This document shows positions 19,401 to 29,102 of a stretch of 64,000 nt of DNA, piece by piece. The notes under the pieces are model-generated. The model was not told the origin of the DNA. It did no database searches and was given only the letters and a program-made list of their open reading frames with translations. The DNA is from a virus (taxonomy: Duplodnaviria > Caudoviricetes): positions 1 through 64,000 of IMG/VR virus record IMGVR_UViG_3300037878_000134; one strand, 5' to 3'. A program made the translations under genes and the position numbers. Each line of letters starts with the position of its first letter. The first letter of the stretch is position 1.

Positions 19401-19871
19401 ATGATCCGAATCAGTTTGCGGGAACTGTACATGGCGCGGGACGTGCTGAGGAAGCTGGCCCAGATGGACTTCTCTCTGCGCACCGGCTACTCGGTTTCCA
19501 AGATCGCCAAGGCGGCGGACTCCGAGCTGCTGCCCGCCGAGGCGAAAAAGAACGAGCTGATTCGCAAGTATGGCGAGCAGGACAAATTCAACGGCGAGAT
19601 CTGGCACGTCAAGCCCGAGAACGAGGCGGAAGTCAACCAGCAATTCCAGCAGATGCTGGACGTCGAGGTGGACCTCAACTGCAACCCGATCAAGATCTCC
19701 ATGCTGGACGGGGAGCGGCTGCCGACTCACGACCGACTGTTGGCCATCCTGATGGAGGTGCGGGAGCAGAAGCGCGCTCCCCTCGATGCCATCCCGGAGA
19801 TCCGAGGCCTAACCGTGCGGCTCTCGCCGCTTGAAGTGATGCGTATCGAGAAATTCATCGATCCCGACTGA
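19401..19871 (+). CDS. phage protein (DUF1617-like, possible fibre chaperone)
   Basis: 156 aa; KKNELIRKYG...VNQQFQQMLDVEV pattern recalled from the family. Confidence 0.5.
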   Translation: MIRISLRELYMARDVLRKLAQMDFSLRTGYSVSKIAKAADSELLPAEAKKNELIRKYGEQDKFNGEIWHVKPENEAEVNQQFQQMLDVEVDLNCNPIKISMLDGERLPTHDRLLAILMEVREQKRAPLDAIPEIRGLTVRLSPLEVMRIEKFIDPD

Positions 19872-19886
19872 GAAAGGAAATTCCTC

Positions 19887-20177
19887 ATGGCAACGATTTC
19901 AAAGACACTGACGACTTCGGCCAAGTCCATCACCATCATGGCCGCTGGCGCGCGGGGCATGGTGAGCTTCGTGGACGAGAAGGGCCAGCCGGCCGGGCAA
20001 GCGACGATCACCATCAAGGACGGCGTGGTGGTGGAAACCGGCCAGACCGCCAGCGCGGCCCTGGTGGCGGCGCTCGGCACCGTCTCGACCGAGTTCGCGG
20101 CGCTCGTCGAAAGCATGGCCAAAGCCGGCGCGCTTGATCCGCTGAGCCGAGGCGTCCGCGCTGCCAGGGCCGCCTAG
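19887..20177 (+). CDS. hypothetical protein
   Basis: 96 aa; RBS GAAAGGA. Confidence 0.6.
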   Translation: MATISKTLTTSAKSITIMAAGARGMVSFVDEKGQPAGQATITIKDGVVVETGQTASAALVAALGTVSTEFAALVESMAKAGALDPLSRGVRAARAA

Positions 20178-20212
20178 CGCGAGCTGGCGTGCAACGAGAG
20201 AAGGAAAAGATC

Positions 20213-20659
20213 ATGTCGAACCCCGCAACGGTGGACAAGACTCTGACCATCACAATGCTGTCGCTGGCGGCCGGTAAGTTTGCGCCGAACGATCCCGCGG
20301 CAGCGGCCTCCGTGGCGGCCCAGCGGGCAGCGGCCCGGGCGGCGATCACCGGCAAGACGCCGCCGACTCTGGCATCGGTCCTGAGTCCGGCCAAGCCCGT
20401 TGCGCCCTTGCCACCCGCGCCTGCGCCTGCCCTGCCGGCCCCCAAGGACGGCTTTATGATCATGCTGGCTGCGGGTGACGCCTCTCGCACCTACGTCCGC
20501 AAGGCGTTGACCTTGTGCGATGGCAAGGTCTCGACCGACAAAGGCGCGACCGATCTGGGCGCGATCCCCGACTCTCTGGCAACCGCCATCGCCACCCTGC
20601 AAGGCGAAGTCGCCGCGCTCGTGACCTCCCTGACCGCCTCGGGACAACTGACCTTCTGA
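20213..20659 (+). CDS. hypothetical protein
   Basis: ATG 20213 with purine-rich RBS; N-terminal TVDKTLT resembles TISKTLT of the previous gene. Confidence 0.6.
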   Translation: MSNPATVDKTLTITMLSLAAGKFAPNDPAAAASVAAQRAAARAAITGKTPPTLASVLSPAKPVAPLPPAPAPALPAPKDGFMIMLAAGDASRTYVRKALTLCDGKVSTDKGATDLGAIPDSLATAIATLQGEVAALVTSLTASGQLTF

Positions 20660-20672
20660 CCGGAGACCCAAT

Positions 20673-21194
20673 ATGTCCAACAACAACCTCATTATCGAAT
20701 GCGATCGCGCGTTCGTGGCCAACGTCCCAGCCGCCCCCGGCAACAACGCCACATGCGTGCTGTTCGCGACTCACCCGCGTAAGCCGGGTGGCAGCGGCAG
20801 CGCCGTGGTGTCCACGTTTGAAAGCGGCGCGGGCACCGAGCCGATCGACGTCAACCCCGACGCGATCGAAGAAGTCGAGGTGACGTTCCACGCGCACGAC
20901 AAAGCCAGCGCGGCCAACGGCTTACGCGCCTACGTGACAGTGGACGGCGGGACCACATGGAACGAGACCGACATGAAGGGCTACGTGGCCGGGGCCGCGA
21001 ACCAGCCGAGCATCGGCGCCGCCGCGCCCATCCAGGTCCCGGCGCTTTCTGCGGGCCAGGAGTGGGTCGAGACCTTCGACGTGGGCCGCTATCGGGGATT
21101 CGCCATCGAGTACACGGCGGGCGCCACCGGGCCCACGCCTAGCACGGGTTGGAGCCTCAGCGTAACCGTAAACCACGCCTCGCAAAAGGACTGA
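20673..21194 (+). CDS. hypothetical beta-sandwich virion protein
   Basis: 173 aa; RBS GGAG. Confidence 0.6.
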   Translation: MSNNNLIIECDRAFVANVPAAPGNNATCVLFATHPRKPGGSGSAVVSTFESGAGTEPIDVNPDAIEEVEVTFHAHDKASAANGLRAYVTVDGGTTWNETDMKGYVAGAANQPSIGAAAPIQVPALSAGQEWVETFDVGRYRGFAIEYTAGATGPTPSTGWSLSVTVNHASQKD

Positions 21195-21196
21195 CC

Positions 21197-21706
21197 ATGG
21201 GACTGCATCCACCGCGCGAAGAGCCCGAAGGCGCCGGCATCCCGCCCATCGGCCCAGCCGGGGGCAAGCTCTCGGGCACGTACCCAAACCCAGGCCTCAA
21301 CGCCACTACGAGCGACGTCCCGCCCGCCGGAGATCGCCAGTACCTGAGCGCCCTGCAGCTCGCGGGCCTCGATACCTTGCTCGCCGGCGCTCCGTTGACC
21401 GACGCAAGCGTGACCATCAACCCGGGCAGCGATGCCGCGTCCGAGTACACGCTGCCCGCCGCCACCCTGACCGACGATCGGACTCTCACGCTCGGGGTGG
21501 CGGGACCACCGCTAACCGAGCAGCGCGGCCGCATCGTTCGCCGGGACGCTACCGCCCACAGCTACACCGTGGTCAACGGCGGGGCAGGGGGCGCGGGATC
21601 CATGTCGATCGCCATACCGGCTCCCACCGGGGGGCACGCGCTGGCCTTGGACTACATCTTCGATGGCACCAACTTCACCAGCCTCGGTCTGACGTACCTC
21701 ATCTGA
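21197..21706 (+). CDS. hypothetical virion/tail protein
   Basis: GPAGGKLSGTYPNP motif seen in tail proteins; ATG after AGGA. Confidence 0.55.
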   Translation: MGLHPPREEPEGAGIPPIGPAGGKLSGTYPNPGLNATTSDVPPAGDRQYLSALQLAGLDTLLAGAPLTDASVTINPGSDAASEYTLPAATLTDDRTLTLGVAGPPLTEQRGRIVRRDATAHSYTVVNGGAGGAGSMSIAIPAPTGGHALALDYIFDGTNFTSLGLTYLI

Positions 21707-21718
21707 ACACGTTGGCTC

Positions 21719-22480
21719 ATGGCCCAGAGATTCACATTGAGCGGACTTCTGACAGCAGAGCCCAGTAAGTGCGACGGGGCCCTGACCGATCGGTTCGACC
21801 TGGGCTTTGAGCGCACCTATCCCGCCAGCGACTACGGCAACATCACACTCGACGCCGTCTCGACGCCGTTTGTGCTCGGCGACGGTGTCATGCAGACCAT
21901 CAACTTGCTGGGCCTCCGCGTGCAGTCCGGCGGGCCCATCTTGGTGCTGGTCACCTCGTCGAGCGGTGACAGCCAGGCCTTCTCGGTAAGCAGCGTTCTC
22001 ATCTTGCATTGCCCCAACCCCGCAACCGCCCTTTCGTCGGTGCAGCTCCTCGGGCAAGCCGAGCTCTCCTATGCGGTAGCCGGCACCGGGGTCGCGTCAG
22101 CCCCGGGCCCGGCCCCGCCGTCGCCCCTTGACGTCGAGTACGATTGCGATCCGAGCGTGCAAGTCCGAGATGCGGTCTATGTGGAGGCGGCCAACCTGGT
22201 GAACCGGGCCAGCGCCGCCACCACCACCGAGTCGCCGGCCATTGGTTTTGTGGTCAGCAAGATCACGAGCACCAAATGCGTGGTGCGGCGAGATTCCGAG
22301 CTCGGAGGGTTTACCGGACTCACGGCCGCCTCGCCCTACTACCTCGACCTCGCAGCTGGTCAGATCGCCGATACCCCGCCGACGCCTCCCGGCGCCGCTG
22401 TTTTTCAGCGAGTCGGCTTCGCCAAGTCAGCCTCTGTGCTGAGCATCGAAGTCGACCAAGATAGGATCTCGCTCACCTAA
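21719..22480 (+). CDS. two-domain virion protein (paralog 2 domain plus cement/DUF2190-like domain)
   Basis: N-terminal half resembles 723..1118; C-terminal SVQVRDAVYV...AIGFV...YYLD...QRVGFA. Confidence 0.6.
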   Translation: MAQRFTLSGLLTAEPSKCDGALTDRFDLGFERTYPASDYGNITLDAVSTPFVLGDGVMQTINLLGLRVQSGGPILVLVTSSSGDSQAFSVSSVLILHCPNPATALSSVQLLGQAELSYAVAGTGVASAPGPAPPSPLDVEYDCDPSVQVRDAVYVEAANLVNRASAATTTESPAIGFVVSKITSTKCVVRRDSELGGFTGLTAASPYYLDLAAGQIADTPPTPPGAAVFQRVGFAKSASVLSIEVDQDRISLT

Positions 22481-22505
22481 GACACAAAACAAAGGAGCCA
22501 CCACC

Positions 22506-23243
22506 ATGCCTAGCGTTTGGCAACCACTCATCATCGATCTGACCGACGGGCGCACCAAGCGGATGCCCGAAACCGACAGCCTCGACGTCGGCACCGGCAT
22601 TTCCTCCGCGGCGGCAACCGATCTGACCTTCTCCGCCGGCAGTGGCACGATCACCATCGCCGCCGGGAGTGTTCTCGGGACGACCGGCAGCGGCAACATC
22701 AATCTGCCGAACAACGGATCGGCGAAGTTCCAGATTGAAGGAACGGCGGTTGGCTCGACGGTTACGGCTCCCAACCTGGACACCCTGACCGACGGCAGCG
22801 ACGCCAGCGCCTTGCACACGCACGCCGGCTTGGCTCAGCTCACCGTCACCTCGGGCGAGGGCATTTCGGCCGGATCCCAGGTGGGCATAGAAAACGTCAC
22901 GGGCTCGCCGCGGGCTTTCTTGTCGTACGCTGATGCCACGGGCAACAGGGCCCGATCCATCGGGACCGCCGATGCTACCGTGCTCATCAGCACGCCGTTG
23001 ACCGTGCTCACGACCGGCAACGATCGTGTGATCCCCGATGCCAGGTGGGAAGGTGGCACCCCGCCCGTGGCGGCGGATCTCGGAGCGCGCGTCTTCGTGA
23101 GCAAGACCACCCACGGATGCATCACCCTCGACGTGAGCGCTTACGTCGCCGGAGACATCGTCCAGGAAGTGGGCGAAGTCATCGAGATTGGGACAGGCAC
23201 TTCCGCCATCCTGATCAACACCCATCGCGAAATTCTCCTGTAG
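22506..23243 (+). CDS. virion accessory protein (C-terminal cement-like domain)
   Basis: 245 aa; RBS AGGAG; C-terminal domain resembles that of 21719..22480. Confidence 0.6.
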   Translation: MPSVWQPLIIDLTDGRTKRMPETDSLDVGTGISSAAATDLTFSAGSGTITIAAGSVLGTTGSGNINLPNNGSAKFQIEGTAVGSTVTAPNLDTLTDGSDASALHTHAGLAQLTVTSGEGISAGSQVGIENVTGSPRAFLSYADATGNRARSIGTADATVLISTPLTVLTTGNDRVIPDARWEGGTPPVAADLGARVFVSKTTHGCITLDVSAYVAGDIVQEVGEVIEIGTGTSAILINTHREILL

Positions 23244-23248
23244 GCGCC

Positions 23249-23686
23249 ATGGCGCGCAAGCCCCCCAAGGTCAAACGGGTAAAGGCGGTTGCTCCCGAGG
23301 CAACCGCCTCCGTTCCCGATGTCCCACTCTCCGAAGCCGAAGCGGCCGAGATCCGCGAGCTCGACGGGTCCATGGTGGTGCAAACCCTGCGCATCGCCGA
23401 GATGAGCGTGGCGTACGATGAAGATCGCCAGACGCGGGAAACTCTCATTGTCGTCATTCGGGAACGCGGCTCGAACCTGGAGATCTACGAGAAACGGAAA
23501 CTCGACCTGGGCGAGCTGGTCGTGCGCATGCGCGACAAGGAAGAGGCGATCCGGCAAGCCATCAACGAATACCGGAACATCCGCTCGCGCTACCAAACGC
23601 GGGTCGAAGAAATCGCGGCAGAGCGAGGGATCCATCGCGATACCCACAAGTTTCTCGCAACCGCAATGGCCTTCGTTCCGAGGTAA
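23249..23686 (+). CDS. coiled-coil hypothetical protein
   Basis: 145 aa from ATG 23249, charged and helical. Confidence 0.6.
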   Translation: MARKPPKVKRVKAVAPEATASVPDVPLSEAEAAEIRELDGSMVVQTLRIAEMSVAYDEDRQTRETLIVVIRERGSNLEIYEKRKLDLGELVVRMRDKEEAIRQAINEYRNIRSRYQTRVEEIAAERGIHRDTHKFLATAMAFVPR

Positions 23687-23689
23687 GTC

Positions 23690-24241
23690 GTGGCAACCCG
23701 GCAGCCACTCGTCATCGACCTGGCCACTGGCCGGACGCGCCAACAGCCAACCACCGATACGCTCAACGCGGGAGCGGCAGTCAAGGTCACCGGCTACATG
23801 GAGATCACCGCGGCGGCGGCGCCAGCTGCCCCGGGGGCCGGCGTCTGGCGGCTCTATGTGGACAGCACCACCGGGCGGGTCACCCTGTTCAACTCGAGCA
23901 GCCAGGCCTTCACCGTGCGCCAGCGCCGGGTGGTTATCTTGGCGGACACGACCCCGATCGCTACCGACGCGGCGACGGGGGATATCTTCGAGCTCGATAC
24001 GCTTTCGCAGGACACCACAATCAACAACCCCAGCAACGTGACTTTCGACGGCCAGACGGTCGAATATCGCATCAAGAGCACAGCCAAACGGACGCTGGTG
24101 TGGGGCGGGAATTTCCGCGGCTCGTCCGATGTGCCCCTGCCAACCAAGACCACCGGGTCAAGTAAGATCGATCGGTTTGCCTTTGAGTATCACCTCACCG
24201 ACGGCAAGCTCGACTGTGTCGCCGTGAACAAGGGCTTCTAA
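23690..24241 (+). CDS. tail fibre-associated protein
   Basis: 183 aa; TLSQDTTINNPSNVTFDGQ...RTLVWGGNF tail-domain pattern. Confidence 0.6.
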   Translation: MATRQPLVIDLATGRTRQQPTTDTLNAGAAVKVTGYMEITAAAAPAAPGAGVWRLYVDSTTGRVTLFNSSSQAFTVRQRRVVILADTTPIATDAATGDIFELDTLSQDTTINNPSNVTFDGQTVEYRIKSTAKRTLVWGGNFRGSSDVPLPTKTTGSSKIDRFAFEYHLTDGKLDCVAVNKGF

Positions 24242-24254
24242 GGAGAACTCAGCC

Positions 24255-24671
24255 ATGGCCTCAGCATTCGCAGTAGACTTTCCGGACTTCACACAGCCGA
24301 GCGTCTACGACCACGGCGTGGTGGAAACGCCCCCAAACCCGAAGAATGAGATCCCGCCGGTCGTCGAAGATCTACGAAAGCTCGGCTGGCTCGGCGCAGA
24401 CGAGACGATCGCCCCCGCAGACGTCGCAACGGAGCTCGCCAAGCTCCTAGGCGCGCTCTTGAAGGATGAGGTGACGCTCGATCCTACCGGCCAGGGATAC
24501 GCCGGCAAACCGACTCCGGAGCTGGTCGAGCTGCTCAACAAACCGGTGGCGCCAAAGGAGACGCCCGATGGGCCACAGCAGTCGCGCTGGAGTAGCATCG
24601 TGGCTGGCTTTCCATGGGGGCCCAACAGTGTGACAGAAGACATGGTCAAAGAGGCCATGGAAGGAGCGTAG
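24255..24671 (+). CDS. hypothetical protein
   Basis: 138 aa; RBS AGGAG. Confidence 0.6.
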   Translation: MASAFAVDFPDFTQPSVYDHGVVETPPNPKNEIPPVVEDLRKLGWLGADETIAPADVATELAKLLGALLKDEVTLDPTGQGYAGKPTPELVELLNKPVAPKETPDGPQQSRWSSIVAGFPWGPNSVTEDMVKEAMEGA

Positions 24672-24674
24672 TCC

Positions 24675-25139
24675 ATGCCTTCGGATATTCTGCAAAGTTG
24701 GCAAGCAGCCGCCTCCTTCACCATCACGCTGGCGAACCTGGGCAATGGCTCGGGCCGCCAGTCGACCATGATCACGAACGCTTCGCCCTCATATCCGAGG
24801 GCGAAGATTACCGCCAAGATCACGACCGGAACCACGCCAACCGCCGGGACCACAGTGGACTTGTATCTCCTGCGATCGAATGGCACGATCCGCACCGACA
24901 GCGCGGGCGCCAGCGACGCCGCGCTGACCGTGGTGAACGCCCAGCCCATCGGGTCGATTTACGTGCCGACCAACACCACCAACGCCGTGTTGATCGGCGA
25001 CTTCATGATGGACGATCTCGGTCCGAGCTGGGGAATTGCGGTCGTCAACCGCTCGGGCGTCGCCCTTTACAACAACGCGGTGAACAACAACTCCATCACG
25101 TACGAGTACACGGACATGCAGGCGTCGGCGTACACGTAG
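24675..25139 (+). CDS. hypothetical beta-rich virion protein
   Basis: 154 aa, Thr/Asn-rich. Confidence 0.6.
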   Translation: MPSDILQSWQAAASFTITLANLGNGSGRQSTMITNASPSYPRAKITAKITTGTTPTAGTTVDLYLLRSNGTIRTDSAGASDAALTVVNAQPIGSIYVPTNTTNAVLIGDFMMDDLGPSWGIAVVNRSGVALYNNAVNNNSITYEYTDMQASAYT

Positions 25140-25148
25140 CGGCTCGCC

Positions 25149-25922
25149 ATGGGCGCACCACTAGATTGCAGAGCTCTGAACGTGCCGCGAACGCTCGATC
25201 GCGGCCGGGAGCTCATGCGCGGCCTGCGGTTTTTCTGGGCGCCCGCCAAGTCGCCCGCCTTGCAGACCAATCTCATCGACGGCCGCCAGGGCACCATGGC
25301 CGGGGGCTCGCCTTTCACGGCAGCCGATATCTACATGGCGAGAAATGGCCTGGCGGTGCAAGGGAAAGCCAACGCCTACATCAATTTTTCGAGCGCATAC
25401 CTGCGGTTCACGGATCTCATCTATGTGACGTTCGCGGTCTTGGTGCACATTCCTGCGAGTCCCGCCGACGCCTACTTCATGTGCCTTTGTGGGGCGAACA
25501 GCGGGACGGTATTCATGAGTCTGCGGATTGTGTTCGGCGCGCTCGAACTGAAAACGTACGTGGGCGGATCATCGCCGTCCGTCACCACGTCCCTGCCGTC
25601 GACGCCCAGCTACGCAATGGTGCTCGGTACCTATGACGGCTCGGCCCTGCGAATCTACCTCAACGGCATTTACGCAAACTTCATCTCCGCATCAGGCGCA
25701 CTCGGTTGGGGAGCGGGGACAACGCCACTGTGCCTGTTCAACATGTACGACGGATCGCAGTCGTCGTACACGGGAAAGATTCTGGGAGCCTGGGTCTGGG
25801 ACAGGGCGCTCAACAATGCCGCCATCATGCGGTTCTCGGCGCGACCGTGGGACATGTTACGCTGGAAAGAACGACCGTTCCGAGACAAGGCGCGGGGCTC
25901 GGACTACCTAATTGTGATGTGA
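25149..25922 (+). CDS. LamG/concanavalin A-like lectin domain protein
   Basis: YAMVLGTYDGSALRIYLNG and WVWDRAL signature. Confidence 0.75.
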   Translation: MGAPLDCRALNVPRTLDRGRELMRGLRFFWAPAKSPALQTNLIDGRQGTMAGGSPFTAADIYMARNGLAVQGKANAYINFSSAYLRFTDLIYVTFAVLVHIPASPADAYFMCLCGANSGTVFMSLRIVFGALELKTYVGGSSPSVTTSLPSTPSYAMVLGTYDGSALRIYLNGIYANFISASGALGWGAGTTPLCLFNMYDGSQSSYTGKILGAWVWDRALNNAAIMRFSARPWDMLRWKERPFRDKARGSDYLIVM

Positions 25923-25936
25923 GACAGGAGATCCCC

Positions 25937-26311
25937 TTGAGCACAGCACGCAACATCAAGATGACCGGAGCGCTCATGGCCGAGCCCCCGCAATGCGGAG
26001 GGCGCAGTACGACCTTGATGCTCGACTTCGCCGGGCAATTCGACCAGTCGGCGGAAGCGGCGATCCACATGTCAGGGACCGATCTGGCTCCCTACGATCT
26101 GAACCTCTCCGGTATCACGGCGGTGCAGCTCGTCGGGATCACGATCTTGTCGGGCGGCCCACTCGTCCTGCTGCTCGATTCGACCGCCGGGACCGCGCAA
26201 GCGGTACCCGTGTCGGAGGAGTTTCTCCTCAGCAACCGCAACGGCCCTCCCATCACGCGGATTCAGATCGTCGGCACCGCCGATATCGAGGTCATGTTAG
26301 CCGGCCATTAG
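25937..26311 (+). CDS. virion accessory protein, paralog 3
   Basis: TTG start 25937 after AGGAG; resembles 723..1118. Confidence 0.6.
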   Translation: MSTARNIKMTGALMAEPPQCGGRSTTLMLDFAGQFDQSAEAAIHMSGTDLAPYDLNLSGITAVQLVGITILSGGPLVLLLDSTAGTAQAVPVSEEFLLSNRNGPPITRIQIVGTADIEVMLAGH

Positions 26312-26332
26312 CGGCAGAAGGAAGTAGTACCC

Positions 26333-26716
26333 ATGTCCGTCATTCTGCAGGGTCTCGCGAACTACGGCCCCATCGGGATGATTCTGCTGGCGTTCCTGCT
26401 GCTGTTCCTGAAGCTGTTCAATCGGATGTTTGACAACTTGCTCGGGCAGCAGGCCAAGTCCGACAAATTCATGACGAGCTGCCTCGAGGCGCTCCACGAG
26501 CTGAAGCGCAACTGCGTACAGTGCCGCAACGATACCGTCAACGCCGCCCACCAGGCCCAGAAGGCGGCCGAGGAACGGATCCTCTTCGGCCTCAAACAAG
26601 AGGCCGACCGGATCATCTTGGACAACCGGCGGGACAATGATCTGTCGCGTCCCCACGACATTACGCCGCTGCCGGTGCGGGGATTGCCCGCGCCCGCGAA
26701 GCCGAGAGCGAGGTGA
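26333..26716 (+). CDS. putative holin/antiholin (single N-terminal TM helix)
   Basis: YGPIGMILLAFLLLFLKLF hydrophobic stretch; start of the lysis region. Confidence 0.55.
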   Translation: MSVILQGLANYGPIGMILLAFLLLFLKLFNRMFDNLLGQQAKSDKFMTSCLEALHELKRNCVQCRNDTVNAAHQAQKAAEERILFGLKQEADRIILDNRRDNDLSRPHDITPLPVRGLPAPAKPRAR

Positions 26717-26910
26717 TCGGGGTCGCGACATTCCTTGTGGCGACCGGGTTCTTTCTGGGTGGCTGGGCTTTCGGGGTCTGGCTGTGCAGCAAGCGCCGAT
26801 GGTGCCCCCTCTATCTGCAGCACGCACTTGATGAATGGAAGCATCGCCTGGAAGAAGAGAACGCAAAACGCAAGCAAGAGAAAAACGCAAGCAAGAAAGG
26901 AAATCAGAGG

Positions 26911-27543
26911 ATGAAGGCTAAACTCAGCAGCATCATCGCATTCCTCGGGGCTCTGGCCCTGCAAGTCGCGGTCGTCTGGCAGGACGCCAATGCCCCGCTC
27001 GCCGACAAGCTGGCCGCCACGTTCGTCTCGGGCCTGGCGCTCGCCATCACCACAGCCAAGCTGCGAGAGATCGAGCAGGTCTTGATCGCCGGCTGCACAA
27101 TAGCCGCGACCATCGCGACCGTCATTCTGGCTCACCTCTCGACTGGGTCGAAGTGGGCCACTATCGGATCGGTGCTGCTCGCCACTATCGTCCAGATCCG
27201 CGGTCTGCTGAGCGCGCAAGGCGTGCAACGCCTCGGACTGACAGCGCTACTGGGCCTGCTCCTGGGACTGCCCTCGTGCTCGTGGTGGCAGAAGCACAAG
27301 AGCGAGATCGACTGCGCGGCCATCGTCTCGGTTCAAGATGCGGCGCTACTCGTGACCATCGTGACCCAGTGCGCGGAGATCGCAGTCGATACCTCGGCCA
27401 TTTTGCCGTGCATTGAGGGCGCCGCTGGCTCCAAGTGGACGAGCGACGTTCTCAAATGCTTCTACGCCGCCCAGCAGGGCAAGGCAGCTTGCCCGGCGTA
27501 CGACAAGATCGCACCTAGCAAGCCGCCTCGGGCCAAGAAGTAG
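26911..27543 (+). CDS. multi-TM holin-like membrane protein with C-terminal Cys-rich domain
   Basis: ATG 26911 after AGAGG; several hydrophobic segments, then LLGLPSC and a Cys-rich tail. Confidence 0.55.
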   Translation: MKAKLSSIIAFLGALALQVAVVWQDANAPLADKLAATFVSGLALAITTAKLREIEQVLIAGCTIAATIATVILAHLSTGSKWATIGSVLLATIVQIRGLLSAQGVQRLGLTALLGLLLGLPSCSWWQKHKSEIDCAAIVSVQDAALLVTIVTQCAEIAVDTSAILPCIEGAAGSKWTSDVLKCFYAAQQGKAACPAYDKIAPSKPPRAKK

Positions 27544-27548
27544 TCAGC

Positions 27549-27638
27549 ATGTGGTGGCACTATGTGCTGGTCGGGACCGCGACGTTTCTCGTCGGCTGCT
27601 TTGTCGGACCGGCGATCTTGCGCAGACTGATGTTTTGA
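27549..27638 (+). CDS. small membrane peptide (29 aa)
   Basis: MWWHYVLVGTATFLVGCFVGPAILRRLMF, read by hand; below the ORF-track cutoff. Confidence 0.35.
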   Translation: MWWHYVLVGTATFLVGCFVGPAILRRLMF

Positions 27639-27744
27639 GGAGAGGTCCAGCGCCCGAAACCGAGATCGGCGTGGTGAGCGACGCGGGGGCGGGTCGCTGG
27701 ACTCGTTTGTGGACTGAGCAACCGTAAAAGCGAAAGGAACTCTC

Positions 27745-28569
27745 ATGCTGATAACTCCGCGCTCTCTCGGCTGGAACAAGCCGAAACCGCACCACTACGC
27801 TCGCTGTCGCGCCGGCGTCGGAGCCCACGCGCTTTTGCGGGGGGTCGTACCCAAGACCAAGGTCGACTTGTCGAGTCTTGTTACGATCATCGATCAGGAT
27901 GGCCTCGGCTCGTGCACAGTCAACAGCACGGCTCAGCTCGTGCACGCCGCCATGGTGGCCGCCGGGCTCGACCCTTCGACCGAGTTCTTTTCCCGGCTGT
28001 TCGCGTACTACTTGGCGCGCGCGGAGGACGGCAATCAGGCCATCGACGCGGGCTCGCAGAATTGCACGGTCATCGACGCCATCTGCCGGGCGGGCTTCTG
28101 CCCCGAGAGCGCGTGGCCTTACGATCCGAACCAGTTCGCCCAGCTTCCGCCTCCCGAGGCGTGGCGCGAAGCCATCGACCAGCGGGGGAAGATCGATCTC
28201 AACTACCACCGCATCGACCAGGGCGTCACCGGAAACGATCTCCTCAAGGTCATCTACCAGGCCCTGACCGCCGGGTGCCTGGTCAACTTCGGAACGCCGG
28301 TGACCAATAGGTTCTGCTCGGGGGATCTGGGATCGGAGCCCATCTTGCCACCCAGCGACGGCCGGGACATCGCCGGCGGGCACTCCATGGGCATCTGTGG
28401 CTATGATCTGACCGTTGCCAAGCCGTACCTCCGGGTGTTCAACTCGTGGGGGAAGGACTTTGGCGACAACGGCTTCTGCAACTTCGACCCGACCTACTTC
28501 ACCTGGTTCGAGACGACGGACATGTGGTGCTGCATAGTCAGCCCAGTCTACTCGGGAGGTGCAAAGTGA
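27745..28569 (+). CDS. papain-like cysteine peptidase (C1 family)
   Basis: DQDGLGSC (Gln/Cys), GGHSMGICGYD (His), FNSWG (Asn) catalytic motifs. Confidence 0.9.
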   Translation: MLITPRSLGWNKPKPHHYARCRAGVGAHALLRGVVPKTKVDLSSLVTIIDQDGLGSCTVNSTAQLVHAAMVAAGLDPSTEFFSRLFAYYLARAEDGNQAIDAGSQNCTVIDAICRAGFCPESAWPYDPNQFAQLPPPEAWREAIDQRGKIDLNYHRIDQGVTGNDLLKVIYQALTAGCLVNFGTPVTNRFCSGDLGSEPILPPSDGRDIAGGHSMGICGYDLTVAKPYLRVFNSWGKDFGDNGFCNFDPTYFTWFETTDMWCCIVSPVYSGGAK

Positions 28570-28862
28570 AACGCTTGCTCGTGCTCGTGGTTCTGGCCTG
28601 CCTTGGGACGGCCAGCAAGTGCAACCCCACGCCGGCCACGCCGGATGCGGCGGCGCCGGCGACCCAGGACACGGCCCCCACGGGAGTCTCGTGCGCGACC
28701 GCCTGCGCGCGCGCGGCCGCGCTCCACTGCGACTACGCGGCGCCCTCGCCCAAGGGCGTGACATGCGAGCAGGTCTGCGAAAATGCCCAGAGCTTCCAGG
28801 CTTGGGACTTGGCCTGCCGGACCAAGATCAAGACCTGCGCCGACGTGCTGGGCTGCCAGTAG
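28566..28862 (+). CDS. Cys-rich secreted protein/lipoprotein (possible spanin-like)
   Basis: GTG overlap with previous stop; MKRLLVLVVLAC signal/lipobox-like; many Cys. Confidence 0.55.
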   Translation: MKRLLVLVVLACLGTASKCNPTPATPDAAAPATQDTAPTGVSCATACARAAALHCDYAAPSPKGVTCEQVCENAQSFQAWDLACRTKIKTCADVLGCQ

Positions 28863-28868
28863 CCCCCG

Positions 28869-29084
28869 ATGAGCCGCCTCGAAGCACTCGCCGAGATGGC
28901 CGCGCGCCACGAGCTGACGCACGCCGAGGTGCAAGAGGCGGTGGGTATTCTGCTGCACGAGATGATCGCTCGGCTCGGCGCCGGAGCGATCCCGATCCCG
29001 CGGGGCGATGACGTTCTCACGATCCCGAACGTCATGGGCGAGCGTGGGAAGCCCCCCAGCAAGCCGCCGGAGGATGAGCCCTGA
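28869..29084 (+). CDS. hypothetical protein
   Basis: 71 aa. Confidence 0.5.
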   Translation: MSRLEALAEMAARHELTHAEVQEAVGILLHEMIARLGAGAIPIPRGDDVLTIPNVMGERGKPPSKPPEDEP

Positions 29085-29102
29085 TGGACTGGGCCCACCG
29101 GT

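Noticed and set aside
26713-26910. Upstream GTG start for the holin-like gene
   Set aside because: ATG 26911 has a better RBS and begins the hydrophobic domain; the upstream segment may be a separate peptide or non-coding
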